Source of the DNA: Promethearchaeota archaeon | GTDB lineage: Archaea > Asgardarchaeota > Lokiarchaeia > Sigyniarchaeales > SOKP01 | Direction: 5' to 3' | DNA: 64,000 nucleotides | NCBI GenBank assembly: GCA_016839555.1 | Contig: JAEOUA010000008.1 | Coordinates: forward strand, 192,001 to 256,000 | Shown: one piece after another, positions 1 to 9,521 of the stretch | Layout of the letters: each line of letters begins with the position of its first letter | How positions within the stretch are numbered: position 1 is the stretch's first letter | Program-made: the position numbers and the translations under genes | Notes under the pieces: model-generated | What the model saw: only the letters and a program-made list of their open reading frames with translations | What the model was told of the DNA's origin: nothing | The model's database searches: none

Positions 1-23
1 TGATTTTCTTTTTTTTACTTTTA

Positions 24-611
24 TTGCTTTACTTAAACAATTCCAATTTTTTCGATTATAAGATTGATATTTTTCAGGCCTCTCCATATATTATTTTGTT
101 TAAATTTGATTCTTCTGTTATATATTATTTCTTTTTTCTCGTTATCATTATTCTCTTCTTGATTTTAGCTGAAAAGTATAAAAAATCTTCAGCAAAAAGA
201 AACAGAAATTTAACTTTAATACATTATTTAATTGACAATCCTAAGAATTTAAATGTTTTATTTTTATTCTTTTTGATATCTACATTAACACTTTCAGAAG
301 AATTAGTGTTTAGATATTTTCTAATTAATTTACTTACATCTCTAACTTCTTTCAATATGTTTTTTATTGTTATTATAATTAGTTTTCTTTTCTCGTTTCT
401 TCATCTTCTCAATTTCAGAGTTTTTAACATCGATACAATTATCTTTTTTCTGATATGTTTTTATTGCAGTATCTTATTTTCAACCATTTTCCTCTCGAAT
501 GGGATTCTTTTTGCTTGGTTATTTCATTATTTATTTAATTGTGTTCTATTATCTATAGACATTTTCACCAAAAAATTAAGTCCTCTAAAAATATCAAATT
601 CAACATTCTAA
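24..611 (+). CDS. CPBP/CAAX (Abi) family intramembrane metalloprotease, probably 5'-truncated by the window edge
   Basis: EELVFR motif, FSFLH and WLFHYLFN motifs, multiple hydrophobic helices; paralogue at 24722-25585. Confidence 0.8.
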   Translation: MLYLNNSNFFDYKIDIFQASPYIILFKFDSSVIYYFFFLVIIILFLILAEKYKKSSAKRNRNLTLIHYLIDNPKNLNVLFLFFLISTLTLSEELVFRYFLINLLTSLTSFNMFFIVIIISFLFSFLHLLNFRVFNIDTIIFFLICFYCSILFSTIFLSNGILFAWLFHYLFNCVLLSIDIFTKKLSPLKISNSTF

Positions 612-727
612 ATCTTGAGATAATTCTCAATGTTCAGGTTCAAATTAGAACTAAAAAGAACATGTTTATAAACTTATTTTTAAAAGTTGTTTAGCATTTA
701 ACAAGTGTTAGGTTAGGTAGTTGCTAG

Positions 728-1627
728 TTGAAAGAGGAAAATTTTTGTCCAGAATGTAAGAAAGCTCAATTAATTTATGATGAAAAGACAGCCGAGATAA
801 TATGTGAATCTTGCGGACTTGTTGTTAAGGAAAGAGTTATTGATCATGGCCCTGAATGGAGAGCCTATAATCGAGAAGAAGAGCAGAGAAGAGCACGTGC
901 TGGAATGCCAACATCTTTATCAATTTTTGATAAAGATTTGGGTTCAGAAGTGGGTAAGAAAAAATCATTCATGTATAATAGTCAAAAAATAAAACACCTA
1001 AGAAAAGTCAACACCTGGATGAAAAGTCGGAAAGGGACAGATAGAAACTTAAAGAAAGCTTTTGGTTACTTGGATTCTATATGTTCCCAATTCCATCTGC
1101 CAAGATTAATGAAAGAAGGTGCGGCGTTATTATATAGAAAAATCTTGAAGAAAAATCTTGCTAATGGAAGATCAATTAAAATATTCATGGCAACGTCTAT
1201 TTATATAATATGTAGAAAATTTGAGTTTCCAATTAATGTTTCCGATTTAATAGAGTTTTATAATATAACAAATAAATCATTTAGACATTATTACTCTTTA
1301 GTCATTAAAGAATTTCAGATAAAATTACCTCCGATATCTATCTCAAAACTTATCACTAAATATGTCAATAGATTGGAATTTTCTTATGAAGTAGAGCATG
1401 AAGCTTTGAGAATTTATAAAGAATGTAGAGGAAAAGATTTTTTAATTGGAAAGGCTCCAGACAGTATTGCAGCTTCAATTATTTATGTGGCTAGCATTAT
1501 TACTAATGACAGGAGAACACAAGGAATAATTGGAGGAGAATGCAAAACAACAGAAGTGACGTTAAGAAATCTCTCTAAATTAATATTAAAGAATATTTCT
1601 ATAAATAAAATAACCAGCTTTATATGA
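728..1627 (+). CDS. tfb: Transcription initiation factor IIB (TFB)
   Basis: N-terminal CPEC..CESCG Zn ribbon, IDHGPEWRAY B-reader, two cyclin repeats ending TTEVTLRN. Confidence 0.95.
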   Translation: MKEENFCPECKKAQLIYDEKTAEIICESCGLVVKERVIDHGPEWRAYNREEEQRRARAGMPTSLSIFDKDLGSEVGKKKSFMYNSQKIKHLRKVNTWMKSRKGTDRNLKKAFGYLDSICSQFHLPRLMKEGAALLYRKILKKNLANGRSIKIFMATSIYIICRKFEFPINVSDLIEFYNITNKSFRHYYSLVIKEFQIKLPPISISKLITKYVNRLEFSYEVEHEALRIYKECRGKDFLIGKAPDSIAASIIYVASIITNDRRTQGIIGGECKTTEVTLRNLSKLILKNISINKITSFI

Positions 1628-1927
1628 ACACCAAAATTAAATGCTATTTTTAGGGGACTCTGCATCTGATTTATGCAGACTGTTAATGTTCCTAATTCTT
1701 TCCTTATTTTTCACTATACTTCTAAAAATTGCTACATATTTAAATAATTGTCAACCAGAGAAAAATTTTTTTGTATTCGGCTAACTTTTTGAAAATTAGG
1801 ATTTACTTCCAAACACCCCTCTTATAGAAGAATTTATCGTTCTAATAGATAAATTCTCTAGAAAATACATTTAAATGCCTCAGGTGTTAGTTTAATTTAA
1901 TCTAATTTATCAAGGTGAATTAAATAA

Positions 1928-2929
1928 ATGACGGTTGAGAATACAAATCAATATTTTGAAAATTTTTGTCCTGAATGTGGGGGCAACATTATTTGCAATG
2001 GCTTTGAAAGGGTATGTGAAAAATGTGGATTAGTAATTAATTCAATTTTTCAAATCTCTTCTTATCAATTTGAGGAAAATAAAAAGGATGGCAGTTCGTA
2101 TAAACAGTATGTTGCTTTAGGAAACAGAACTGATTTTGTTGGGGGGCTAGGGTCATACATTGATTATGAAAAATCAAAAAAATTAAAGGATCTTAAAGGA
2201 AATTATCTCTCCCCTAGTGGGCAGAGGTTATTCAATAGATTGAAAAAAAATTTTAGGTTTAGCAAAATTAAAAACCATGAGACAGAATATCGAATATTTA
2301 AGATTCTAAAAAGAGTTGCCATAAATTTAAATTTAACTCTAAATGTAAGAGCGAGTGCGGCACTCTTCTATAAGAAGATTATTAAGAAAGATGATGACGT
2401 AATTAACAATATTACATTAATAGCTTTCTGTATCTTTATGGCATGTAAAAATTTCAAAGCTCCCATCAGTATTAATGAAATCGCAGCGGAATTTAAAAAT
2501 CTTGGACACAGAGTAAATCCAAGGTTAATATTAAGAGATGGTTTAAAATATAAAAAGCATTTAGATAAAACGATTAGACCACCTATAAGTGAAATTTATT
2601 GCTCAAAGTTAGTTAATCAAGTTATTAATCACAAATCTCTTAAACAAAGATTAATACTAAAGAAGAGCCCTTTCCCTTTATTGGAATATCAGGTGGAGTT
2701 GAGGAAAATATGTAAAAAAATATTAGACCATCTTCCATTAATGGAGCGAGGGGGTAGAAATCCCTATATCTTGATGGGAGCCGTAATATATTTAGCTGAT
2801 AAACTATTAGCAAAAAAATATAATTATAAATCAGTTCTAACCCAATCAATAGTAGCAGAGAGTACCGACATTCCAGAATATTCAATAAGAGATCATTATG
2901 TTAATTTGTTAAAACCTCTTTTTAATTAA
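1928..2929 (+). CDS. Divergent TFB-like protein (Zn ribbon plus cyclin repeats)
   Basis: CPECGG..CEKCG ribbon, cyclin-like repeats, GGRNP and TQSIVAESTDIPEYSIRDH HTH; lacks the canonical EWR B-reader. Confidence 0.8.
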   Translation: MTVENTNQYFENFCPECGGNIICNGFERVCEKCGLVINSIFQISSYQFEENKKDGSSYKQYVALGNRTDFVGGLGSYIDYEKSKKLKDLKGNYLSPSGQRLFNRLKKNFRFSKIKNHETEYRIFKILKRVAINLNLTLNVRASAALFYKKIIKKDDDVINNITLIAFCIFMACKNFKAPISINEIAAEFKNLGHRVNPRLILRDGLKYKKHLDKTIRPPISEIYCSKLVNQVINHKSLKQRLILKKSPFPLLEYQVELRKICKKILDHLPLMERGGRNPYILMGAVIYLADKLLAKKYNYKSVLTQSIVAESTDIPEYSIRDHYVNLLKPLFN

Positions 2930-3079
2930 AAGAGAAGGTAAAAGGTAATCTTCTTTCCATAAAATTATAAATATCAAAATTACGAAAAACAAAAAAGAGA
3001 ATATGAATTTAATAAAAAAAATTTTTACACTTTTTGACAATTAAAGTGATTAAAATTTTATTTTTAAATTTTTCTCTAT

Positions 3080-3214
3080 TATTTTTCCATTCTAAAACGC
3101 AAAATAGAGAGACCCCAAGAATTTAATGAAGAAGCAAAAAATATAATTTTGGAATGGGTATCTATTTAACTCTATTTGTTTTAAATTAGAAATATAAAAA
3201 TGGAATAGAATAAT
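3080..3214 (+). repeat. Diverged direct repeat, copy 1 (orphan 3' end of a gene plus downstream sequence); copy 2 at 24455-24589
   Basis: Encodes YFSILKRKIERPQEFNEEAKNIILEWVSI* versus YFSILKRKIKRSQKFNEEAKEILLDWISF* at 24455; similarity continues about 45 nt past the stop. Confidence 0.85.
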
Positions 3215-3259
3215 AATCATATTTATAAAAATAGAGTATTTTTGTATAAATAATTAGCA

Positions 3260-3565
3260 TTACAAAATATCTAAGGGATCTGGTCCTAAACTTTCTTTTA
3301 CAAACCGAAAGTAATCATCTCCATCATAATCGCATTTGTAGATACCTAAAAATTGTTCTACCGTGATATGCAATTGGGCGGCCATTCTTCCAATTAAATA
3401 ATCCTCTATTATTTTTCCATGACTCCCTCTACTCACAAAAGTTTTAAATGGAGATCTACGCCCCTTATATGCAAAATAAATATCTATATGAGGACCCCCC
3501 TCCTCGGTTTCAAAGCCTTTTCTCTTAAATTCGCTTAATAATTTATGTCTTTTTATTGTAGCCAT
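3260..3565 (-). CDS. HicA-like mRNA interferase toxin
   Basis: KRKGFE..GGPH..F..KG..TFVSRGSHGK..IGRMAAQLHIT pattern fits the HicA dsRBD-like fold; overlaps the upstream partner gene. Confidence 0.65.
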   Translation of the reverse strand: MATIKRHKLLSEFKRKGFETEEGGPHIDIYFAYKGRRSPFKTFVSRGSHGKIIEDYLIGRMAAQLHITVEQFLGIYKCDYDGDDYFRFVKESLGPDPLDIL

Positions 3566-4565
3566 CTTTAATTTCCTTCAAATCTTTTTCATTTATTAAA
3601 TTGAGCAATTTATATTTGATTTTTTGAGCTCCTTTTGTTAATAAATCATCATTAACAATAAAATACCTTATGTGAGAAATAATACAATTATATAAATCAT
3701 TATACATTTCTGAGAATGTCTTCCCTGCGGCTACAATATTTAATTCTTCATTTTTAGCAAAAAATGCATCATATTTGAATTCTAATTTTAAATTTAGAGT
3801 TCTAGTGAATCTAATCCCTCTCACATCTTCTATTGGTAATATATTTATAACATTTAACATTTCGATTTTTTCAAGTTGATTTCTTATTGGATTGTAAAGA
3901 CCTTTTACTTTTATTACTTTTTTATACATATTGAGAAAACGAGGCTCTTCTTTTTCATCATATTTATATTCTATAGAATTTCCAAAGATATCTCTTATTC
4001 TTATATAAAGATCTCGTTCTCCATGAATTATGGTTAAGGCTCCTGTAATCTGCTCAATTCTTTTTTCAATATCCATTCTTCGCCATTTATTTAGAGTTTT
4101 TCTATAATTTTTTTTAGCTTTAAAAATTCTTATCGGTTCAGAATCATGAGTTTTTTTAAGTTCGATTGCAAATGATCCTGGGTATCTTGATAAACTTTTT
4201 ATACGTTTTAAAAATGTTCTTCTTATTTCTAAATCGTTAAAATATGCTTTTGCCTCATTATAATTACTTCCATCTCTGTCTCTATCAATTAAATTACTAA
4301 TCTGAGAGAAGTTTTGCATAACTTCATCAATTGGAGAAGTTCCAAAACTAGTTGTTTGGTATTGTGGGATCATAACAAAAACTTGTGATCCTTTTTTTTG
4401 ATCTTTAATTAATAAGGTATATATTTTTTTTTTAACTTGGGGATTTTGGGCTTCTCCTAAATCATAAATGGCTTTTTGAAATTGAGAAGCAAACCTAACA
4501 AAATTATCTATTGACACACTATTTTTTCGCAATAATTTTCTATTAAATATGAAAGCTAATTCCAC
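3543..4565 (-). CDS. Large protein with C-terminal HicB-like antitoxin domain
   Basis: C-terminal FFAKNEELNIVAAGKTFSEMYNDL resembles the HicB core; 23-nt overlap with the HicA-like gene. Confidence 0.55.
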   Translation of the reverse strand: MELAFIFNRKLLRKNSVSIDNFVRFASQFQKAIYDLGEAQNPQVKKKIYTLLIKDQKKGSQVFVMIPQYQTTSFGTSPIDEVMQNFSQISNLIDRDRDGSNYNEAKAYFNDLEIRRTFLKRIKSLSRYPGSFAIELKKTHDSEPIRIFKAKKNYRKTLNKWRRMDIEKRIEQITGALTIIHGERDLYIRIRDIFGNSIEYKYDEKEEPRFLNMYKKVIKVKGLYNPIRNQLEKIEMLNVINILPIEDVRGIRFTRTLNLKLEFKYDAFFAKNEELNIVAAGKTFSEMYNDLYNCIISHIRYFIVNDDLLTKGAQKIKYKLLNLINEKDLKEIKDGYNKKT

Positions 4566-4887
4566 TTTTTTACACTTTCAAATTCTTAAATATTTCTTAA
4601 ATATTTAATAAAGACTTTATTTTTTTTACACAAAGTAATATAAAAATATCACTCTATTAACATTTATAAAAATAAATAGTGTTATAACTTTTTTCTTAAA
4701 AAATAAGACTTTATTTTTTTATAAAAACTTTACTTTATTTTCTATTTTATATCATAAAAAAACTAAGATTCTACTTATTTAATCAACTTCTATATAGCCT
4801 ATTATTCTTGTGAGATACTATAAAATTGATATCCCCATTTTCATGAATTAACTAGTTTTTCCTTTTTGTTTAAATAATTATATTTAA

Positions 4888-5058
4888 ATGAAAAACATGA
4901 CAAGTATGCTTCAATCGAATAAAAAGAGAATGTGCTGCAAATGCGAAAATTATGACAAAAAAAAGGGAATATGTAAATTATTCAATAGAAAGCTCTCTGG
5001 GGATTATTGTTGTGTTGTTGATGGGAATAAAATTTTTTTTTTTAAAAGAAAAGAATAG
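4888..5058 (+). CDS. Small Cys-rich putative metal-binding protein (56 aa, below ORF-track cutoff)
   Basis: ATG 4888 to TAG 5058; CCKC-x9-C-x11-CC spacing. Confidence 0.45.
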   Translation: MKNMTSMLQSNKKRMCCKCENYDKKKGICKLFNRKLSGDYCCVVDGNKIFFFKRKE

Positions 5059-5123
5059 CATACCGTAATGATTATTTATGCATCATTTTGATTCGCTTGT
5101 ATCAATTAGGCGGTGTTTAAAAT

Positions 5124-5336
5124 TTGGTTTTAAAAGTCTTCGAAGAATTAGCATTAGATAAGTTGAGAACTCTGCAGCCTTGTTCATTAAAAAAATGGGC
5201 CAAAGCTTTGGGTTATAAATCTTCCCAAGCATTTTATTATACGCAAAAAAAACTTCTAAAAGCAAAAAGAATCACTCGAAAAAAGAGTGGAAGAATCTAT
5301 CTTTATAGAATTCTTGAAAAAGATGAAAAGAAATAA
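5124..5336 (+). CDS. Small winged-helix DNA-binding protein
   Basis: Basic 70 aa; SLKKWAKALGY...LLKAKRITRKKSGRIYLY wHTH pattern. Confidence 0.55.
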   Translation: MVLKVFEELALDKLRTLQPCSLKKWAKALGYKSSQAFYYTQKKLLKAKRITRKKSGRIYLYRILEKDEKK

Positions 5337-5372
5337 TTTTTACATTATAAAAAAATACTAAAACGAGTTAAG

Positions 5373-5858
5373 ATGAAAGATACTGATAACTTTGAAATTG
5401 AACAGAAAGCGAAGGAATTTTTAGAATTTTTAAATACCACTTCAGAAAATTTAAAGAATATTCTTAAAGAATGGAATGCATTAGATGATCCGGTTCAGAA
5501 TTTTATTATAGCTAAATTTATAGCTGATCAGAAGATAAGTTTGTTGAAAAGACCAAATGTTTTAAAAAAGCTCCCTAATGGTTATATTTTGACTGAGTAT
5601 AACCGTTATAAGGATGCAATAAAAGAATCTACAGACAAAAAGGATATTAAATTGTTTGAAAAAGAATTAAAAAAAATAACTGATGAATATGAATTTGCTC
5701 CTGAACATCTAAATGAATATGATAAAGAGGAATGGTATCGATATAAATGGGAAATAGAGGAGATTAAAAAGTCAATTTTAAAAGGGAAAAGAGTGGTTTT
5801 TAAAATGAAAGAATTACAACGCTTGAAAAAGGAGTTAAAAAAGATTGAAAAGTCTTAA
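5373..5858 (+). CDS. Hypothetical coiled-coil protein
   Basis: 161-aa ATG ORF co-oriented with neighbours. Confidence 0.55.
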   Translation: MKDTDNFEIEQKAKEFLEFLNTTSENLKNILKEWNALDDPVQNFIIAKFIADQKISLLKRPNVLKKLPNGYILTEYNRYKDAIKESTDKKDIKLFEKELKKITDEYEFAPEHLNEYDKEEWYRYKWEIEEIKKSILKGKRVVFKMKELQRLKKELKKIEKS

Positions 5859-6284
5859 CTATTTTACAATATATAGTCAATATTACTATTCAAGGTCTCA
5901 AGAAATTTAGGTTTTATAACTATAGAAACTGATAATTAACAAAATTAAGAAGTAGTACGAAACGGTATATATTGAATTAGCATTTTATTGCATATAAGCT
6001 ATAAAAACTGCAAAAAAAATATCTTCTAATTTTAACGCAAGCTTTTTAGGAATAGCTTCAAAAGTATTAAAGGATTCATAAAAGTTTATTTAAATTGAGG
6101 TAATTTCTCAAATATTAATAAAAAAGATTTAGAGTCATTTTATAATTCTAGGCAAAAAGATTTACCATATTTTCAAAAAAATTCATTAATTACTATATAA
6201 AAATTAAATAGATTTATAAGGTTAAATTTAATTGATTTAAACAAGGACTAATTAATAAATTTAATATCTAGGGTCAGAAGTAAG

Positions 6285-7025
6285 TTGGTGATTAATTTGC
6301 AGAATGAAAGGATAGTTATCCCTTATTTAGATCTTAAAAAGTTATATAGACTTAGTAAAGTTCCTCATACGACATATCAAGATTTAAATATTTCTAAAAA
6401 AACATTCATGAAATATATAAGGTTTCGAGATATTATCTTTGGGGGTATAATAAAAGCGGAATCGTTTACAGACTTTATTAGCAGATTAAGAGAAGAAATT
6501 AAAACGAAATTTCTTTCAAATAAAGATTTACAGAATTTAAAAAATAATATTTATAATCCTAAAATAATAAAAGATTTAATCGAGAAAAAGGGCAGAAAAA
6601 TATCATATAGTTCTTCGAAAGCACTATTATCATTGCTAAAAAAGATATATTTAATAGATCGAATTAGCGTGATAAATTTTATTAATAATGATACCGAGGA
6701 TGAGAGAAATAAAAATATCATTTTGAATTATATAATGCGAATTACGCGTCATCTTTCAGTTAAAGAAATTAAAATTAAGTTTTGGAATCACCCAAGAAAA
6801 AATAAAATTAACGATTATCTACTTGAACTATGGTTAGAAAAAAAAATAGATATTATTGGTTTAGATTTAACAAGGGATATATGTCAACAATACGGATTTA
6901 ATGAAATTCCTCCAGATTATTTGGACCAATTTGAGTCATTAGAACGTTATAGAATTCGTGAAACGGGAGAATTAAAGGCAAAAGTAATCATGAAAAATAA
7001 TTATAGAATTGATTTAATAATTTAA
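6285..7025 (+). CDS. Hypothetical protein, probably co-transcribed with the downstream ATPase
   Basis: 246-aa ORF ending 17 nt before the extended start of the ATPase frame. Confidence 0.65.
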   Translation: MVINLQNERIVIPYLDLKKLYRLSKVPHTTYQDLNISKKTFMKYIRFRDIIFGGIIKAESFTDFISRLREEIKTKFLSNKDLQNLKNNIYNPKIIKDLIEKKGRKISYSSSKALLSLLKKIYLIDRISVINFINNDTEDERNKNIILNYIMRITRHLSVKEIKIKFWNHPRKNKINDYLLELWLEKKIDIIGLDLTRDICQQYGFNEIPPDYLDQFESLERYRIRETGELKAKVIMKNNYRIDLII

Positions 7026-7042
7026 ATTTTGGGGAGATCATT

Positions 7043-8899
7043 ATAGTTAAATACACAGATATTCAAGAAGCAGTAGATCAATTTGAGATTCTCCGTGAAT
7101 ATAAGAGCCACATTTTTGAGGCTATTTGCGGAGCTTGGATTTCTGGGAGACCAATTAGGAGGACATTTGAAGATGTGAAAACGTTTTTAGTAAAGGATCT
7201 CGAAATGGCATATGAACTGAAAGAAATACTTAAGTTAAATTTAATTCCAGGATCGATTTACTATATATACAGTGAGAGGGCTCAATATGGTATAGGGAAG
7301 TCGCAAATAGCCTACTTTTTAAAAATCGGGTATGAAGAAAAATCCAGTAATAATTTAACTAAATTTTTGATCTTTAAAAGGCCCCCTGAAGGATATAAGG
7401 ATATAGAAGAGAAATTAAAAGCATGTTTAAAACAATGTAATAGGCAGAGACCATTCTATGTATTTATTGATGAAATCGACTTAATTATCGAACCTGACTT
7501 AAGTAATGAAGAAAAAGTTAAAAGAATTGAAAGACTTGGAAACATTCTTATCCAAATATCCGAAGAAGCAGCAACTATGGGATTACCGTTTTATATTCTT
7601 TTAATTTTTAGTTATCATATTCTAAAAATTATCGAGAATTTTCACAGTTCGAGAATTATGAGAAGATTTGAAGCTCTTTCGAGCGTGGATTATGATCTTA
7701 AGGAAGGGGATTTCAATAAAATTGCAAGGAATCTATTTGCTTTATTATGGGCAATGAATTATAGGAATATAAAGAATAAAATTGAAGATAAAGTTGATTT
7801 TTTTAGTTTAATAGGTGAAATGATAACAGATGTACTAAATAACATAGGCGAACTTGGTATTCAGATTGAGAGCTCTGTAATTGGAGCAGTAATAAACATA
7901 TACAAGATAATATATCAACTTATTTTTAAGAATGTTGATGGAGCTAATTTAAAAAAAAATAATAGGATATTAAATAATGACACAGATTTAGGCAGAGTAA
8001 TAGAAGGTATTGTTAAAGAATTTATAAAAAAAAGAATTTCTTTATTAGAATTTAAATTCGAAGAAACTATTGTCAAAGTTAAATATAATGAAAAGCAGAA
8101 AGAAATAGCGGGCTTTAAAACAGATGGATATTTTAAATTCTCAATTGGAGATAATAAGATCGGGATTATGCCCGTGGAAAGTACATGTGAAGATAAATTA
8201 GATTGGAGAAAAAAGAAACAATTGAAAGCTTTTTTGAATAATTACCCTATTTTGTTTGTTTGGATTTATCACAAGAAACAAGATGCTAAAGAACAGTTAC
8301 AAAATTTAGAAGATAAGGTAACTAAAGAGGTGTATACCATATTAATTCCACTAGATTTAGCTAAATATTCACTGCTTCTAGAGAAGAGAAGATTTAAGTT
8401 ATTAGAACATTTTAAGAGAAATCTTCCTCTTGATATCAAATCTTTTCTGCGTAAACAAGCACGTATTTTATATAACACATGGATGATGGAAAAACCGATA
8501 CCTGTCGTTATTGGAGAAAAAAAGAAGATTATAAGAAATAAGGAAATACATAATAAAGTCGAAAAATATTTAGAAAATTTATTTACTTATTTAGATGAAA
8601 AAACCAAGAGATCTCATAGTAGGATGAAAGAAATTATGGAAAAATATTTATCTTCATTAAATAAATCCTTTGATGAATATGGAATCAGTATTTCAGATTC
8701 TGATATATCAATAATATATAGAGAAATTGTAGAACAATTAAGGTCAGAAAATCTATGTCGTTTTACAGAGATTGAAGATAATAAATTTTTAATAAAAGAA
8801 GACAGTTTTAGCATAGAAAGTGCAATTGAAATTTGTGAGAAATTTATTACTGTAAGAATTGAAAATAAATGTAAAGATAAAGGCATTGGAATTAATTGA
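7043..8899 (+). CDS. P-loop ATPase with putative PD-(D/E)XK nuclease domain
   Basis: Walker A AQYGIGKS, Walker B VFIDEID, later E..TDG..PVEST REase-like pattern. The frame is open 44 codons upstream of the called GTG (7175) to an ATA at 7043 preceded by GGGGAG. Confidence 0.6.
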   Translation: MVKYTDIQEAVDQFEILREYKSHIFEAICGAWISGRPIRRTFEDVKTFLVKDLEMAYELKEILKLNLIPGSIYYIYSERAQYGIGKSQIAYFLKIGYEEKSSNNLTKFLIFKRPPEGYKDIEEKLKACLKQCNRQRPFYVFIDEIDLIIEPDLSNEEKVKRIERLGNILIQISEEAATMGLPFYILLIFSYHILKIIENFHSSRIMRRFEALSSVDYDLKEGDFNKIARNLFALLWAMNYRNIKNKIEDKVDFFSLIGEMITDVLNNIGELGIQIESSVIGAVINIYKIIYQLIFKNVDGANLKKNNRILNNDTDLGRVIEGIVKEFIKKRISLLEFKFEETIVKVKYNEKQKEIAGFKTDGYFKFSIGDNKIGIMPVESTCEDKLDWRKKKQLKAFLNNYPILFVWIYHKKQDAKEQLQNLEDKVTKEVYTILIPLDLAKYSLLLEKRRFKLLEHFKRNLPLDIKSFLRKQARILYNTWMMEKPIPVVIGEKKKIIRNKEIHNKVEKYLENLFTYLDEKTKRSHSRMKEIMEKYLSSLNKSFDEYGISISDSDISIIYREIVEQLRSENLCRFTEIEDNKFLIKEDSFSIESAIEICEKFITVRIENKCKDKGIGIN

Positions 8900-8928
8900 A
8901 TTATTATATAAGTCATTAAGTCAATTTT

Positions 8929-9427
8929 TTAATAAGTGTATAAGTGTAGCTTAAATTTCGCTCTTGAATCCCCAACATATTTATCTCTTTTTAAATATGT
9001 TGAACTCTTTTTGTTCAAGAGCAAGAAAACAATATCTCGTTCCAAACATTTGAATCCTTATATAATTTTGAATAAAATTAAAAAATCTCCGTTAATTTGC
9101 AGTCTATCCTTTAACAATGGAATATCTTTAATTTTATTGGGTTCTATGATGAAAATTCTTTTAGTTATATCTTGATCTTTCAAGTGATAAACTTTATAAT
9201 ATGAAAATTGTTGTTTATACAGATTAGGTATGATTTTTTTTAATTTTTCGTTTGAAAGAATCAAAATTTGATTATCCTTAATTTCATTGTTAAAATATTT
9301 TTTCTTGATATATGCAATAGAATGTTGGAGAGTCTTTTTATTATAAGAGATATGTTTTATGTTTACTTTTAATCCATTGATTTCAGAATAAGATGAATAT
9401 TTACCAAGATTTGTCGCATTCTTTATC
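8929..9427 (-). pseudogene. 5'-truncated paralogous copy of the C-terminus of the NERD-helicase (20656-21154)
   Basis: Translates to ILSNEKL..QQFSYYKVY..IIEPNKI..LQINGD..*GFKCLERDIVFLLLNK..SRAKFKLHLYTY*; internal TAA at 9058-9060. Confidence 0.9.
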
Positions 9428-9521
9428 TATATGTCTATTCAATCGAATGCCATGTATACCAATTATTATTTAAATTATCAAGGATGCAATTTAAACATTA
9501 GCTAAAAAATTCTATTTGTAC

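Noticed and set aside
615-6110. Palindromes TTGAGA-N4-TCTCAA (615) and TTGAGG-N5-TCTCAA (6095), plus recurring TTGTGAGA (4808, 12638, 20633), as operators or recombination sites
   Set aside because: Short, variably spaced and plausible by chance in very AT-rich DNA.
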